Part shown: positions 1 through 13,156 of the stretch, piece after piece
Numbering within the stretch: position 1 is the stretch's first letter
Layout: every line of letters starts with the position of its first letter
DNA from: Eledone cirrhosa
Taxonomy: Eukaryota
Length of the DNA: 64,000 nucleotides
Direction of reading: 5' to 3'
Assembly (NCBI GenBank): GCA_964016885.1
Contig: OZ024740.1
Span: 133,982,001-134,046,000, forward strand
Position numbers and translations under genes: made by a program
The notes under the pieces: model-generated
What the model was told of the DNA's origin: nothing
What the model saw: the letters and a program-made list of their open reading frames with translations, nothing else
Database searches by the model: none

Positions 1-1554
1 GGTTGTGGCGTGGTGGATCGTGGGGCGCTGGTGCTAGTTCTGGCGTTGGGTGGTGGTGGTGGTGTTGGTTTTGCTACTGTTGCTGGGGTTGTTGCTGCTA
101 CAGTTGCTTCTGTTGTTGCTGCTACAGTTGTTGCTGCCATTTCTGCTGCTGGTGGTGTTGATGGTTGAGTTACTGGGGTGGGTAAGAGAGGTGGCCTCAA
201 CTTTTTAGCCTGAGGGCAGAAAGCCTTTAGGTAGGTTCCTTCACCACAAACGACACACCTAGGCCTTCTACCCTCAACGATTACGGTGAGGTGGCTGGCG
301 TCAGTGAGGTCTATCACCTCTGCAATTTCCTCAATACTTCTTTGGTCCGCTTGGATCAGGAGCTCCATCCCAGATCCGGACCACTTCTCCTGCTTTTCTT
401 TTGTTATTTCAATTATTTTCGTGTTGGCCTCGCAGCAGGCGAGGACGCCAGCCATTAGCCAGTGAATTTCGATGGCCGGTGGAACGTGGGTCACCCTGAT
501 TTTCACGAGTCTCTGACCACAATAGCTTGGGACGAGTGTGAAGTCGTCGCTTCTTAATGGAGCCATGGAGTGCTCCCTGGCTTCCTGTGGTGTTCCAAAG
601 AACACGTCCACGGTTCCATATTTCTGCCCACGTCTGGTGTGGGTTTTTTTTCGCCCACACATGTCCCAAAGCTTTTTGTATTAGGGACTCGGATGCCCGT
701 TCCACTCGGCGTGATTTTATGTTTATTCTCCGATAAGACACGGTGCATAGGCGTCGATGCTACATTTTATTAGGTGTGGAGGTGAGGCTGACCCTGTACT
801 CTTCTTTTTTTACCATTCTCTTGGCTTTATTTAATTCATCCTGGCTTACCTCGATTGTTTCGCTTTTCTTGGCTGCATTGGTAAACGACACATTTTGTTT
901 CGCGGTGGTGTTGATGTTGTTATTCTCATTGTTGTTGTTGTTGCTGTTGTTGTTATTGTTATTTTTAGTTTCAGTTGTGGTGGAGGTGGTGTCGGCGTAG
1001 AAGAGTCGATTCTGGGTGAATCCATTTTGATGTCACGAGATACAAATTTATTTTTTGGGGGTTTCTGTTGTCGCTGTGGTGGTGGTGTTGGTGGTGTTGG
1101 TATCAGTGGTGTTCGTTGTTCTTTAGGACATTGTGGTGGTGGGGGTGGCGGCTATAACACCTGCAGTTATTGGTAATGGCGGGAAATCCAAGTCTTTATG
1201 CGGCAATTCTAAATAATTCAGACTGCTATTAATTATATTTTCAGTGTTGGGAACCGTAGCAAGGCTTACAATTATGTTGGTGTTAGTGGAGGTGGGAAAG
1301 GGGGTGGTGGTCTGTTAAAAACAGTAAATTTGTCGTCCATGTTTTTTTTTCAAGGAAATATTTTGTTTGATAAATAAAAAGTTTACGTTTTGGGGTCAAG
1401 GCCCCAATATATTTTGTGTCCTTTTCAGAAAGCAATATATGTGAACTTATAAACACTTAACAACAAAAATTTTCCATAACTGGCAATTTGAAACAACTGA
1501 AAACAACAAACCTTTGCGGAGCTCTCGATAATACGATTTCCTATGTAGGTCGCC
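1..1554 (-). mobile_element. Tx1/L1-clade retrotransposon, 5' portion (5'UTR + frameshifted ORF1); runs off window edge
   Basis: Minus-strand translation across 200-560 gives TLVPSYCGQRLVKIRVTHVPPAIEIHWLMAG...LTVIVEGRRPRCVVCGEGTYLKAFCP. This aligns by eye with the ORF1 of 52101-54017 (FFPTYMGKRTQKIRITSV...LSVEGRRPSCYHCFSRGHLRASCP). Asn/Thr-rich tracts; probable ATG at 1340; 5' end abuts (AAT)n at 1555. Confidence 0.8.
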
Positions 1555-1583
1555 AATAATAATAATAATAATAATAATAATAA

Positions 1584-1684
1584 TTGTTTCTATTTTAGGC
1601 ACAAGGCCAGCAATTACCCAGAGTGCATTACTGGTACTTTTATTGACCCCGTAAGGATGAAAGGCAAAGTCAACCTCAGCGGGA
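1584..1684 (-). mobile_element. tRNA-derived SINE, 3' half
   Basis: Matches the 3' part of the full copies at 16582 and 36600 (aggcacaaggccagcaattaccca...aaggatgaaaggcaaagtcaacctc); (AAT)n at 1555-1583 is its tail. Confidence 0.85.
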
Positions 1685-3056
1685 ATAATGAGATCAAGAG
1701 AGGTATCTTCCAAGGAGATAATTTGTCCCCTCTGCTGTTTGTCCTTGTCCTTATACCCATGACCGATATATTGCGAAAAGTAAGAGCAGGATACAAGTTG
1801 GGAAAAGGAGAGCTTACCATCAACCACCTCCTCATCATGGACGATCTTAAACTCTTTGTCAAGAGTGAGAAGGAGTTGGATGTACTTGTTGATACTGTCC
1901 GTATTTTCAGCAATGATATAAGTATGGAATTTGTATTAATATGTGTGGAGTCCTAGTGATGAAGACGGGTAAATCCAGGTACCAACAGATGGGATGATAA
2001 AGGAAATTGACACAGAAGAGGGATACAAATATTTAAGTGTTCTGGAGATGGAATGTTGCTGAACAAAAGGAAATGGATAGGAAGACTAGGAAGCTATTGA
2101 CTATCTACAACATGTTCCACAAGAGGAGTGATGTCGATAGACTCTACTTAAAGAGATCTGAAGGTGGAAGAGGTCTTATCAGCATAGCGGACTGTGTTCA
2201 GATGGAGAAAAACAACCTGCACAAATACGTGATTGACAGTAGGGAGCCAATGCTCAGAATTGTACTGAAGGAGAGGACAATAGACCAGGGAACTGGTTAA
2301 AAAGAGCAGACCTTAAAAAAGCTACAGAAGGAATGCTAATGGCTGCGCAAGAGCAGGCCCTCAGAACGAAGTTAGCGAAACACCATATTGACAAGGAGGA
2401 GGCTAGCTCACTGAGTAGGATCTGTGGAGCGAGACAGGAGACTGTAAACACCTAGTCCGGACTCACTATAAAGGCTGGAGACATGATGTGATAGGTAGGG
2501 TTATCCACTGGCATCTATACAAAGTAAACAATTTACCACATTCTGAGAAGTGGTGTGAGCATAAGCCAGAGTCGGTGATAGAAAACGATCAGGTGAAGGT
2601 GCTATGGGATTTTAGTATACAGACGGACAAGAAATTAGAACACAATAGGCCTGACCTGGTGATTTTGGACAAGGAAAAAAGATCGTGCCTGATTGTATAT
2701 GTAGCCTGCCCATTTGACACGAGAGTGCAAGAAAAGGAGGAGAAAAGTAACCGATACCAGGATTTAAAGTGAGAGTTAAAAAGGATTTGGAACTGCCATG
2801 AAATAAAGGTCGTCCAGATTGTCATAGGCGCACTAAGTACTATCACAAAGAGTTCCCAACGGCGGTTAAAGAAGATTAGTCCAGCCCCGCTTTTTGGAAC
2901 ACTTCAAAAGGCATGCTTGCTGGGAACAGCAAGAACCCTCCAATACGTCCTGAATGTCTGAGGCTGCAGGTAGCGGCTTGATATTCATTTCAACAAACTT
3001 TCCAGTTAAATAACATCAATGACTGAGACTCAAAGGACAATAATAATAATAATAAT
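1685..3056 (+). mobile_element. R4/Dong-like non-LTR retrotransposon (RT + restriction-like endonuclease), 5'-truncated, degenerate
   Basis: IKRGIFQGDNLSPLLF, HLLIMDDLKL (RT); DVDRLYLKRSEGGRGL; RICGARQETVNT zinc-knuckle remnant; RHD..VIHWHL; KVLWDFSIQTDKKLEHNRPDLVILDK (RLE PD..D). Multiple stops and frameshifts; ends in (AAT)n at 3039-3056. Confidence 0.85.
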
Positions 3057-3237
3057 TACAAAAATATTAGTTTATCGTTGACCAATAACAATCACAAAAC
3101 CCTTACATACACATATATATAGAGAGATAGATAGATATATACATATATATGCGCGTGCGCGTGCGTGTGCGTGTGTGTAAAGAGATTTTTTTCAATTCCA
3201 CCCCACCCTTCCCTTCAATCGATTTAATTTCTCATTG

Positions 3238-3277
3238 TTTATTCTAATGAAGGACTAGCGTCCGAAACGTTAAGAAC
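3238..3277 (+). ncRNA. Degenerate minimal hammerhead ribozyme motif (Penelope pLTR type)
   Basis: ctaatga-a-GGAC-tagc-GTCC-gaaa-cgt-ta; core has G>A change in CUGAUGA. Confidence 0.5.
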
Positions 3278-3360
3278 CTCTTCCTACTATTTCAAGCGAT
3301 AAGCTAATATATTCCGTCCATATACTGTACCGATTATGTTATTTTTTCCTGGTTACCCTT

Positions 3361-3413
<53 letters not shown>

Positions 3414-3498
3414 AAAGTTATATTTAAATTGTTGGGTTACAACTAGTAAATATTTATAACTGATATAAAAGCACTCGACAAGTATTTGGAGTATATTT

Positions 3499-4299
3499 AC
3501 AATATTAAATAAATGGAAACTATATTTATAAAACCATATTTATTTCATTATATATATATTTCAGGGATATCATATTAACAATATGCTATGCCTTCCTCAG
3601 ACAAAATACAATATAAACAGTTTTATAGATAAATAGATTTGACATACCGTAACAACATCGACTTGTATTTGAAAAGTTGATTTGGCAGATCAACTTTTCA
3701 AATACAAGTCGATGTTGTTACGGTATGTCAAATCTATTTATCTATAAAACTGTTTATATTGTATTTTGTATATATTGTATATATTTTGTATATATTGTAT
3801 ATATTGTATTTTGTATTTTATATTGTATTTTGTATATAAACAGTTTTATAGATAAATAGATTTGACATACCGTAACAACATCGACTTGTATTTGAAAAGT
3901 TGATTTGGCAGATCAACTTTTCAAATACAAGTCGATGTTGTTACGGTATGTCAAATCTATTTATCTATAAAACTGTTTATATTGTATTTTGTATATATTG
4001 TATATATTTTGTATATATTGTATATATTGTATTTTGTATTTTATATTGTATTTTGTATATAAACAGTTTTATAGATAAATAGATTTGACATACCGTAACA
4101 ACATCGACTTGTATTTGAAAAGTTGATTTGGCAGATCAACTTTTCAAATACAAGTCGATGTTGTTACGGTATGTCAAATCTATTTATCTATAAAACTGTT
4201 TATATTGTATTTTGTCTGAGGAAGGCATAGCATATTGTTAATATGATATATATAATGAAATAAATATGGTTTTATAAATATAGTTTCCATTTATTTAAT

Positions 4300-4304
<5 letters not shown>
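3499..4304. repeat. Foldback region: outer inverted repeat enclosing three 223-bp tandem units, each itself a long palindrome
   Basis: Hairpin centres gttgatttggcagatcaac at ~3684, 3907 and 4130 (period 223). 4200-4304 is the reverse complement of ~3500-3615 with a small deletion. Confidence 0.9.
3548..3605 (-). ncRNA. Hammerhead-like motif in the foldback arm
   Basis: Minus strand: ttgt-CTGAGGA-aggcatagcatattgttaatatgatatccct-GAAA-tatatatata; stem II agg/cct with inner catatt/aatatg hairpin. Confidence 0.5.
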
Positions 4305-4334
<30 letters not shown>

Positions 4335-4349
4335 CGGCGATGAATTTGT

Positions 4350-6508
4350 TTTGCGAGGTTTTTGATTTAAAATCGTGTGTCGAAACAAATATTGTTATAC
4401 TTTGGAAGGGTCATACTGTTATAATATTGCAAGTAATAATAACAGAACGCTCTTACTGTTTGGTTCGTTTTCGCTTCTGCATCTTTTGTATCTCCATAGT
4501 TAATTCATTCGGCTATCAATGTTTATCATTGACTGACCAACGGTCAAAAATACGGATATAAATATATATATATATATATAGTCTAACAAAGTTCTTTCGT
4601 TGCACATCTGCAACATCATCAGTGGTACTATTATCATGTTTCCCCCTTAGTGTTTGATGTGTGTGTTTGAGTTTGGGTGTATGTGTTTTGGTTTTTGTAT
4701 TTTATCTTTGTTTATTAGTGTGTTTATATGTGTTTGTTTTTATTGTACTTGTGTATATATTTATTTATTCATTTATTTATTTATTTATATTTCTCTTAAG
4801 TCAGTATTGTTTGTTTGGGTATAGTTGTTATTCCATTCATTTTTTTCTGTTTAACCTTGGATTTCTAAGCTCTATTTCGCTCGCTTCTCTGATTTGCCTA
4901 CCTGTTGGGTCATTTCTATGTTTAGATATTATTTTAATTTCTATGTTGTCTATGTTACCGTCATGTTGTTGTCTGGCGTGTTCGTATAGTACTGAACCGT
5001 TTTTTTTTTTGTCCTTTTAATTCCTCCCAGTGTTCGTCTATTCTTTCTCCTATGCTTCGAGCTGTCTCACCTATGTATGTCGTTGTCATGTTTCTACAAG
5101 TACCCTCTGTACATCTTATGCTATAGACTACATTTATAGTTTTACAGTTTATATGGGGGTTTACTTTACATATAACACATTCCTTATTAGTACTGTGGGT
5201 TTTCTTAAAGGGGTATTTTTTGCTGATCAGGGATTTTATGGTAGTTTCTGGCTTTTCTACCACTTTAATCTTTACGTGGGTCTTTCTTATGGCCTTTCTT
5301 CATTGGTTAGTTAGTTTCCCCAGGGGTAGCATCCACGAACATGACACTCTGGTATCTCTGGTTGTCGTACCATGAGGTGGCTTTCCCTATCTTATGTTTA
5401 GTCCTATCTAAGCTATATAATGGGCAAATTCCTTTCATGTATAATGGGCAAATTCCTTTCATGTACAGTTCTATGAGGATCTTATACTTCTCCGTGGCTC
5501 CTTTGTATACTCTGATTCTGTTGGTGAAGTGTTGAATGTGTCTTTCAATTTCTGTTGGGTCGCACATGCGGGACACGTTCTTCATCACTCGTACCAAGTC
5601 TGCGATCAGAATATTAAACTTAGCACTATTGGACATCGCTGAATTTTTGAGTATCAGGTATTTGGAGGCTATGGGTTTAGCATAGTGTGAGTGGAGAAAG
5701 TGGGCCCTCTCGTCTATAGTGTTAATCCAGAGTTCCGTGTCTAATACAGGTAGTCTATTGTTAGGGTGTTTGGAATGGTAGTCAACAGTTACAGTTATAC
5801 TCTGGTGTATGGAGTTAGCTATCTGCTGGATGCTTTCCATTGTGCTATATTCTCTTATTCGTTAGTACTCTCTTGTGAGGGTGTCTTTATTACTATATTA
5901 ATATCGTCTACGTAACGAGATTACATGATGAGGTCTATGGAGCTCTCTTCAAGGAGATATTTGAGTGTCCTTTCCCACCATACCATAAATAGATTGACAA
6001 CACCACCAGCTATGCTGACGCCAAAGGCTGCTCCCTCATTTTGGGTGTAAATCTTTTCATTGAATTTGAATATATGACACTTTAGGGTAGTTTTAATACT
6101 AGCCCCTATTGCATGCGCGACCATTTTTCTCACCTGATCATTGTTTTGGGGTGTCTGTATGGCTTTGGTCCACCCATTCCACCTTCCCATGGGAGTCTTT
6201 TTGACCGTTGAGGTTATGGTGGGGGATCTACCTCTTATGGGTCTAATGGGGCAGAAACGGCTAAGATCATGGCTATCTAGGTACTCGGTATCGTAAGTAA
6301 GTCTAAGTAGGAGACCCAGTTCATCTGTGTCGACGTCGCAAAAACTCCGCCTCACTCGCGCTGATTATTTCTGCACATTTTTTCCACATCAAAATCAATG
6401 TTAATGGATGGGTGCAGTAATAACACGTCCATACTGCCTATTATGGTGTTAGATAAGTTTTTCGTTTTGTTGCACTCATTGATTCTGCTGAGCAGGTCCT
6501 CTGTACTG

Positions 6509-6510
<2 letters not shown>
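4350..6510 (-). mobile_element. Penelope-like element (RT + GIY-YIG), degenerate, 5'-truncated at (TA)n
   Basis: IIGSMDVLLLHPSI; QNEGAAFGVSIAGGVVNLFMVWW; RYVDD at ~5905-5920; RLPVLDTELW; NVVYSIRC...YIGETARSIGER (GIY-YIG). pLTR at 4350-4640 carries hammerhead CTGATGA-tgttgcagatgtgcaac-GAAA (~4585-4625). Confidence 0.85.
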
Positions 6511-6583
<73 letters not shown>

Positions 6584-6609
6584 GTGGAGAGGAAACACAC
6601 GAGTTAGGA

Positions 6610-9600
6610 TATATATATGAAAACAAGGAGAAAAAGACGATAATTAGGAAGAAAAATATTTTGTTTTCCCTTTTTATTTATTTCTCTCTTTTTTCTGGGT
6701 TAGGAAATGATTAAAACGAAATATTTTACTTTGTGTAAAGTGTTAAGGTATTAGTTGATTTATTTATTAATTAACAATGCCATTTATTTATTTATTTATT
6801 TATATATATGTTTAATAATTGTCTATTACCGGTTTCAGCATTTTTATGCATTATCAAATGATAATAATATGTATTGGTGTAGAATGGTGGTGCTGGACAT
6901 GTTAAAGAATGGTGCAGAAAGAATAATGTTATTTATCAAATCAATCGACGATGAAATTAATCAAGCAATTATCAATAAAACCAAAGACACCACCCTAGAA
7001 AATATTTCAAAATTATGGTTAGAGGACTGTAATAAGGAAGAATTAAAATCCCTTCAACGCTGGGAAATAAACGAAACCTGGTTCTCTAACTATGAAACAC
7101 TTTTCCAAAAAGAACACACATCCAAGAACCCTTCATTAAATCAACACCCAAACACCACACAACAACCAACAACAACAAAAAAACAATACCTCGCCACATA
7201 CCAAAAAAAGAAGACATCACCTCGCCCCTACCTCCTACGCCCTCCACATAACTACCACATGGATTCCCAAGCAACAAATATAGTAATAGAGAAACATCAG
7301 CTAACAAGATAGACACTACAACTTCTCTCCCACCAGGAGAAACCATAGAATCCCCCACACTTACAACCCCCTTAACATCCCCACACAACAAACCCACAAC
7401 CACCATTACTTCCAACATAGAACCCAAAATACACAACTACCACACATGTCACATAGTACCTCACAACCACACACCAACTATAAGTAAACCCTAATCTACC
7501 CTCCCCCACTAACCACATCCTACTACAACAACACCAGCAGGGGACAATACAACCACACGATACACCCTATCCACTACAACCACCATAACTACACACCATA
7601 TAACAGCAACAGCAGGACTCAATATAACCACACAAGACAACCCTGCTACAAGTCTACACACCCTACAACAACAGCAGTGCTCAGCACCACCATACGATAC
7701 AACCCAACTTCAACAACCACCACAACTTCACACCCTATAACCACGTCCATCAAATCTACAGACCCTACAACAACAACAACAGCAGGGGCCAATACAACTA
7801 TAAGAGACATCCAAACTTCAACAGCGATCACAACTTCCGTAATCATTGTTTAGACACAGCACACAGACACAGGATTACAAGATAACACAAAACACACAGG
7901 AGACACAAAATGCAATAAAAATTGTCAATTTAACCTCTAAAGGATTAACAATAGACCAAATCAATATACTCTCCAAAGGGGAGTACACCAAGTCCTCAAC
8001 AACCAAACTACCCTGAAATGAAGGAAGTTATTGCAGAATTCTTGAGAAAACTAAGACTCAGCGAGCAACTATACGTCAAATACAATGAGGATGACTCAAT
8101 AGCTAGAAATAGAAGCAACTACACCCCACCAAAAGGCAAGAACAAATTCCTCGATCAATTCTGCGAACACATTACTAATTACCCATACCACCACCTACAC
8201 AGACATAAACAAAAACCAAACCTAAGCAAAAAAGAATAGAATGGTCTTAACAGTCTAAGAAACGTCAAAACCCTAACAATCAAAGAGGCAGATAAAGGGA
8301 GTGCAGTAGTCCTTATGGGGACAGATTATTATACGACACTAGTACTCTCAACTCTAGAATACCAAACATATTATGAAAAGGCCCAACACCACAGAAAATA
8401 ATGAGAAACCTAAAATCCCTTACAACCCTTTACAAAGAAGGCCTTATAGACAAGGAATACAACTACATCACCAATTTCAAAAGCAGAACCAGCCTCTTCT
8501 ACGGTATCCCAAAGACACACAAAAGCGAAGTAATAGGTAGGGCCTGCAAGCAAGCCACAGACATTTACATCAATATAGCCCCTCCTGAAGACCTTAAATT
8601 AAGACCCATAATAGCAGGTACCACATGTGAAACCCACCGCCTAAGCAACTTCCTAGATATTCTGCTTAAACCTTTCCTAAAACACATAAAAAGCTTCATA
8701 AGGGACGACCATGACATGCTCAACCACCTCCCAACAAAACTCAATAATGAACGTACCCTACTAGTAACCTTTCATGTCATCAATTTATATTCCAATATCC
8801 CACACAACCTAGGTATAGAGGCTTGAAAATTTCGCTAGTGAACTCCCACGGCGCATTCCTAAAGAATTTGTGTTGGAGGGACTCAAATTCATCTTGGAAA
8901 ACAATTGCTTCGAATTCAATGCCAAATACTACAGACAGAAATCTGGGACTGCCATGGGCACGAAAGTAGTCCCCTCATACACCAACCTTGTCATGGGATA
9001 TTTGGAAACCACTCGCTACCGCAAACTTCTAGACAGATACGGCAACCACTTCTACCAACACATAGAAAAGAACTGGAAGAGATATCTGGACGACTGCTTC
9101 ATCCTCTGACATGAAAGTATAGATAGACCGATTGCGTTTAAAACCCTTCTGAATGGACTCAACATAAACCTACAATTCACAATGGATTACAGCCATGAGC
9201 AACTCCCTTTCCTCGACATCCTCATCAAGAAAACAAACAACAAAATAGAAACAGACATATACTACAAACCCACAGACGCCAAACAATCCCTTCCAGTCAA
9301 CTCGTGCCACCCTAGACACACTAAAATGGCAATTCCTTATAACCTAGCCAGAAGGATTTGCACAATAGTTTCAGATAAATACACATGCTACACACGATTA
9401 GAAGAATTAAAAAACACACTTATCAGCAGAAACTACCCACCATCCCTAATCTCAATGGATTTCAACGTGCCCTAAAACTCGACATCCAGGAACTCAGACA
9501 CCCCAAACCCAGGAATAAACCGCAACATAAAACTCTACCATGCATCTCCACACATAACCCCCTCAACAATGAGGCATTCGACACCATCCCCCAGAACATT

Positions 9601-10803
9601 CCTTTACTAAAAAGAGACCCAAGAATGAACAATATCCTCCAAACACCCAACATCATAAAGAGCAAAAGACAACCTAAGTCCATAAAAAACATTCTCACAC
9701 AAGCCAAAATCCAACAAACCCTCACAATGAACCCTACAGTAACAAAATGCGGAAGGCGCAACTGTGGCATATGCATAAATCTAATAGAAGGTTCAACATT
9801 CCATTTTAAACAAGGACAACATTTCACAGTTAAACACAACTTTACATGTGCATCTGAAAACCTAATATATGTTTTGACCTGCTCAGGTTGTCAAGAGCAC
9901 TACATAGGACAGACAAGAACAGCCTCCGACAACGTATGACCGTCCATAAATCACAAATCAAAATACAGGAATACAGAAAGATTGCGTTTACTGAACATAT
10001 CGCCAATTGTGCACCCAACCAACATCCAAACTTTAAAATTTTGCCCATTTACAAATTCATAGACAACACTACTTTCATCCATCGTACCAATAACGAAACG
10101 TATTTCATTAACAAATTCCAACCTCTACTTAATGCAATAAACTTCGGACTAAACTAAAACTGGAACGAACAATCAAACATTTACAAATATCTGTCTCGCT
10201 AAAGAGTTACCTCCCTGACACCCTACCTAATCCTTTTTCTTAAATAAATTAAATATCATCCAGCATGAATTACCTCCCCCTTCATATTAACTCTCTAAAA
10301 AGGGAAATCATATCAAACCCCAGTCCACCATTTGCCTCCATCATGGATCAACTAAGCACTCTTGCTATATTAACACATTTTGATCCGCTTATCTTCAAGA
10401 ACTATGCCTGTAAATAACAATTTTTTTTCATATTGCCTTATTATGCTCCATATTACGCCCCTTTTTTTCTTTTTTCTTTTCACTTCATAAACCTTCTTTG
10501 TAAATAACATTATTCTTTCTGCACCATTTCTTTAACATGTCCAACACCATCATTCTACACCAATACATATTATTATCATTTGATAATGCATAAAAATGAT
10601 GAAACCGGTAATAGACAATTATTAAATATATAAATAAATAAATAAATGCCATTGTTAATTAATAAATAAATCAACTAATACCTTAACATTTCACACAAAG
10701 TAAAATATTTCGTTTTAATCATTTTCTAACCCAGAAAAAAGAGAGAAAGAAATAAAAAGGGAAAAAAAAATTTTTCTTCCTAATATCGTCTTTTTCCCCT
10801 TAT

Positions 10804-10815
<12 letters not shown>
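6610..10815 (+). mobile_element. Penelope-like element with inverted terminal pLTRs
   Basis: 6610-6935 is the reverse complement of 10501-10815; the interrupted internal ORF carries RT and GIY-YIG motifs; flanked by (TA)n. Confidence 0.9.
6936..10157 (+). pseudogene. PLE RT/GIY-YIG polyprotein pseudogene
   Basis: IKEADKGSAVV, FYGIPKTHK, LRPIIA, SGTAMGT, WKRYLDDCF, LPFLDILI, YKPTD, SCHPRHTK, CGRRNCGIC, NLIYVLTCSGCQEHYIGQT; Thr/Pro-rich insert at ~7140-7900; many stops and frameshifts. Confidence 0.85.
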
Positions 10816-10850
<35 letters not shown>

Positions 10851-10890
10851 GTAAGTCAACAGGTTAAAATTAACTTCGTTTATTCATAAT

Positions 10891-10950
10891 GGCTGCAATA
10901 TATATTTCGGTGGTGACCATTATTCAACAGCTATGACCTCATCGTGCAGC
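10891..10950 (-). ncRNA. Hammerhead ribozyme motif, degenerate
   Basis: Minus strand: GCTGCA-c(t)gatga-ggtca...acc-GAAA-tatatat-TGCAGC; perfect 6-bp stem I, palindromic stem III, one core base missing. Confidence 0.55.
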
Positions 10951-11699
10951 TAGAACTTGAACAGAAAAAAAACAGAACAACATAATAGTGTAATAAAGTT
11001 TACCTCGTTATTTCGTTGATGCGCCCATTTCCGAAGTGTGGTGTTGTTATCTCAAAGATCTGGTGGCATATGAATTAGAATTGGCGAATTCAAGCATCCG
11101 AGGAATATACCTTCCTCTTATTGGTCAGATACTATCTTAAAACTCCAGTACCAAATCTATTGAATTTCTGAGGTCAGTTGTCCTTGAAATAGATTAGCCT
11201 GCTAGGTTTGTTTTAACAATCAGCTATGATAACTCTATATACCTAGAAAATAGGGGTGTTCTGGTCAAGGTAACCTAATTGACCTTAGTGGCAATGGTGT
11301 AAATAGGTCAACTACTACCACTTATTTTCCGGTAGTTACTAGTGAAGAATTCATATATCTGATGAATCCTAATCCATCTCAAGAAGCCTGATGGTAAGAG
11401 ATGTTAGAATTATAAATGTAGGTGTTAAAATTTACAAGTGTTAAAAATTATAACCCATATTGTAAACATTTAGTACACACCCGCAAACAAACATCTACGT
11501 ACACACAAATATATATATACATGCACACACATATATCCATACATGCACGTACATCCATATATAAACATATCTATGTACACATATATACACATACAAGTAC
11601 ATATGCACACATACGTGTATACACACACGTATCTATGCCTGTGCGTAAAGATTTTTTTTAAGTGGGGAAAGACTCTGCACTGGGCCAAATCCACTCGCT

Positions 11700-12056
11700 G
11701 AACAACAGTAGCTATAACCCGAAAAGAAGAAAAGATCAACATCATCGGTAACTACTGCGCCGCAGGTTTTATGTAGGAGTCATTTCAGTTTCCTGAGTTG
11801 CCTTCTCCTAGAAGAATGCTCTGACAAAGGCTAGGGGTCCTTCACTCCCAGTGGTTTAACCGCGCGATCGGGTATCCAGCCCGATTATTTCTATGCCCCC
11901 GCGCATATATATACATACACACATGTATACATATGTATATACAAATTTACATATTTTTGGATGGCCGTTTAGTCACCGATGATCCGACCATTTGACAAGA
12001 GTGACCCGACATACATACATACATACATACATACATACATACATACATACATACAT
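11700..12056 (+). mobile_element. Probable RTE-related retroelement remnant ending in (ATAC)n tail
   Basis: gagttgccttctcctagaag...aaggctagg motif resembles RTE-derived repeats; unique sequence runs directly into (ATAC)n at 12011. Confidence 0.35.
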
Positions 12057-12137
12057 AATACATACATCAAAAGAGCAGTCAACACATAATGTGGAAGTTG
12101 AGAGTACACACACGCAAATACATACACACACACACAC

Positions 12138-12180
<43 letters not shown>

Positions 12181-12278
12181 AGAATTAAAATACTAGAGTG
12201 TGTTGGAGTTAAACACCCTCTTCATATTATAGAAATGACAGTAAAGGTATAGCTCAATGTAATTAAACAGAGCCGAAG

Positions 12279-12569
12279 AATTAAGAAATAAACCAAAGAA
12301 GCCTTCAATACATCAAAAGTCTTTATTAGCCAACAATGTTTCGTCCTATTAAGGACTCATCAGGGCAAGTAAAGCTATAAGAAGAACTATCGGCCAATAC
12401 AAGCCAAAAACTCAGAAGAATATGGCGTATACATACATTAAAGCATAGGAAAATTATCAAGTAAAAATTATCAAGTAAAAATTGCTAAGGAAGTGAATAA
12501 CATTTTGAACATTGTTGGCTAATAAAGACTTTTGATGTATTGAAGGCTTATTTGGTTTATTTCTTAATA
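12279..12569 (-). mobile_element. Non-autonomous PLE pLTR fragment with 62-bp inverted repeats and an intact-core hammerhead
   Basis: 12279-12340 is the inverse of 12508-12569. Minus-strand 12327-12368: gcc-CTGATGA-GTCC-ttaata-GGAC-GAAA-cattgtt-ggc. Confidence 0.7.
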
Positions 12570-12879
12570 TATATATATATATATATATAACACTTACCTA
12601 TTAGAAATGACATGTATAAATATCATAAGGCTATGTATAAGGCTATGTATAAGGCTATGTATACATGCATGCCTTTTTTATATATTCTTGATTGCATTTA
12701 AGTCTAATGTGAATGCGCTTCGCTGTTAAGTTCTCATAATATCAAAACATGTCCGTTTTAAAGATGAAATCCCCTCCTGATGATGGTGAAATATTTTGAA
12801 TTGCGCTGAACATGCTTTTGAATAGCAAGTAACCTGCAGCGTCCAGTGTGCATGAGGAAAGTGTTTGTTTTGAAAATCA

Positions 12880-13080
12880 AGTGGATGGATTTGGAAGTGT
12901 GTCTGCAGATCGAAATAATTTCCTTTCTTTTGTTTTGAATCGGAGTGTGGAGCTTAGTTCAGTTTTAATATACGAAATGTGTCTCCACGAACCTGAAATT
13001 TCGATTTGTTATAAAATCAGTAGTTCTACTAAGGTGGTTGTAAAATTTAAATTTTCAGATTTAAATAGTAATCCGAAATA
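12880..13080 (-). mobile_element. Possible PLE 3' coding remnant
   Basis: Minus-strand SIQNKRKEIISICRH resembles the LNKRxExxxxCRH C-terminus of PLE GIY-YIG proteins. Confidence 0.35.
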
Positions 13081-13087
13081 TTCACAC

Positions 13088-13155
<68 letters not shown>
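13088..13155. repeat. (GATA)n microsatellite without Tx1 insertion
   Basis: Perfect GATA run seen directly. Confidence 0.95.

Positions 13156-13156
<1 letters not shown>

Noticed and set aside
3600-4215. Repeat-spacer appearance suggesting CRISPR
   Set aside because: Eukaryotic context, identical 223-bp units, no unique spacers and no cas genes.
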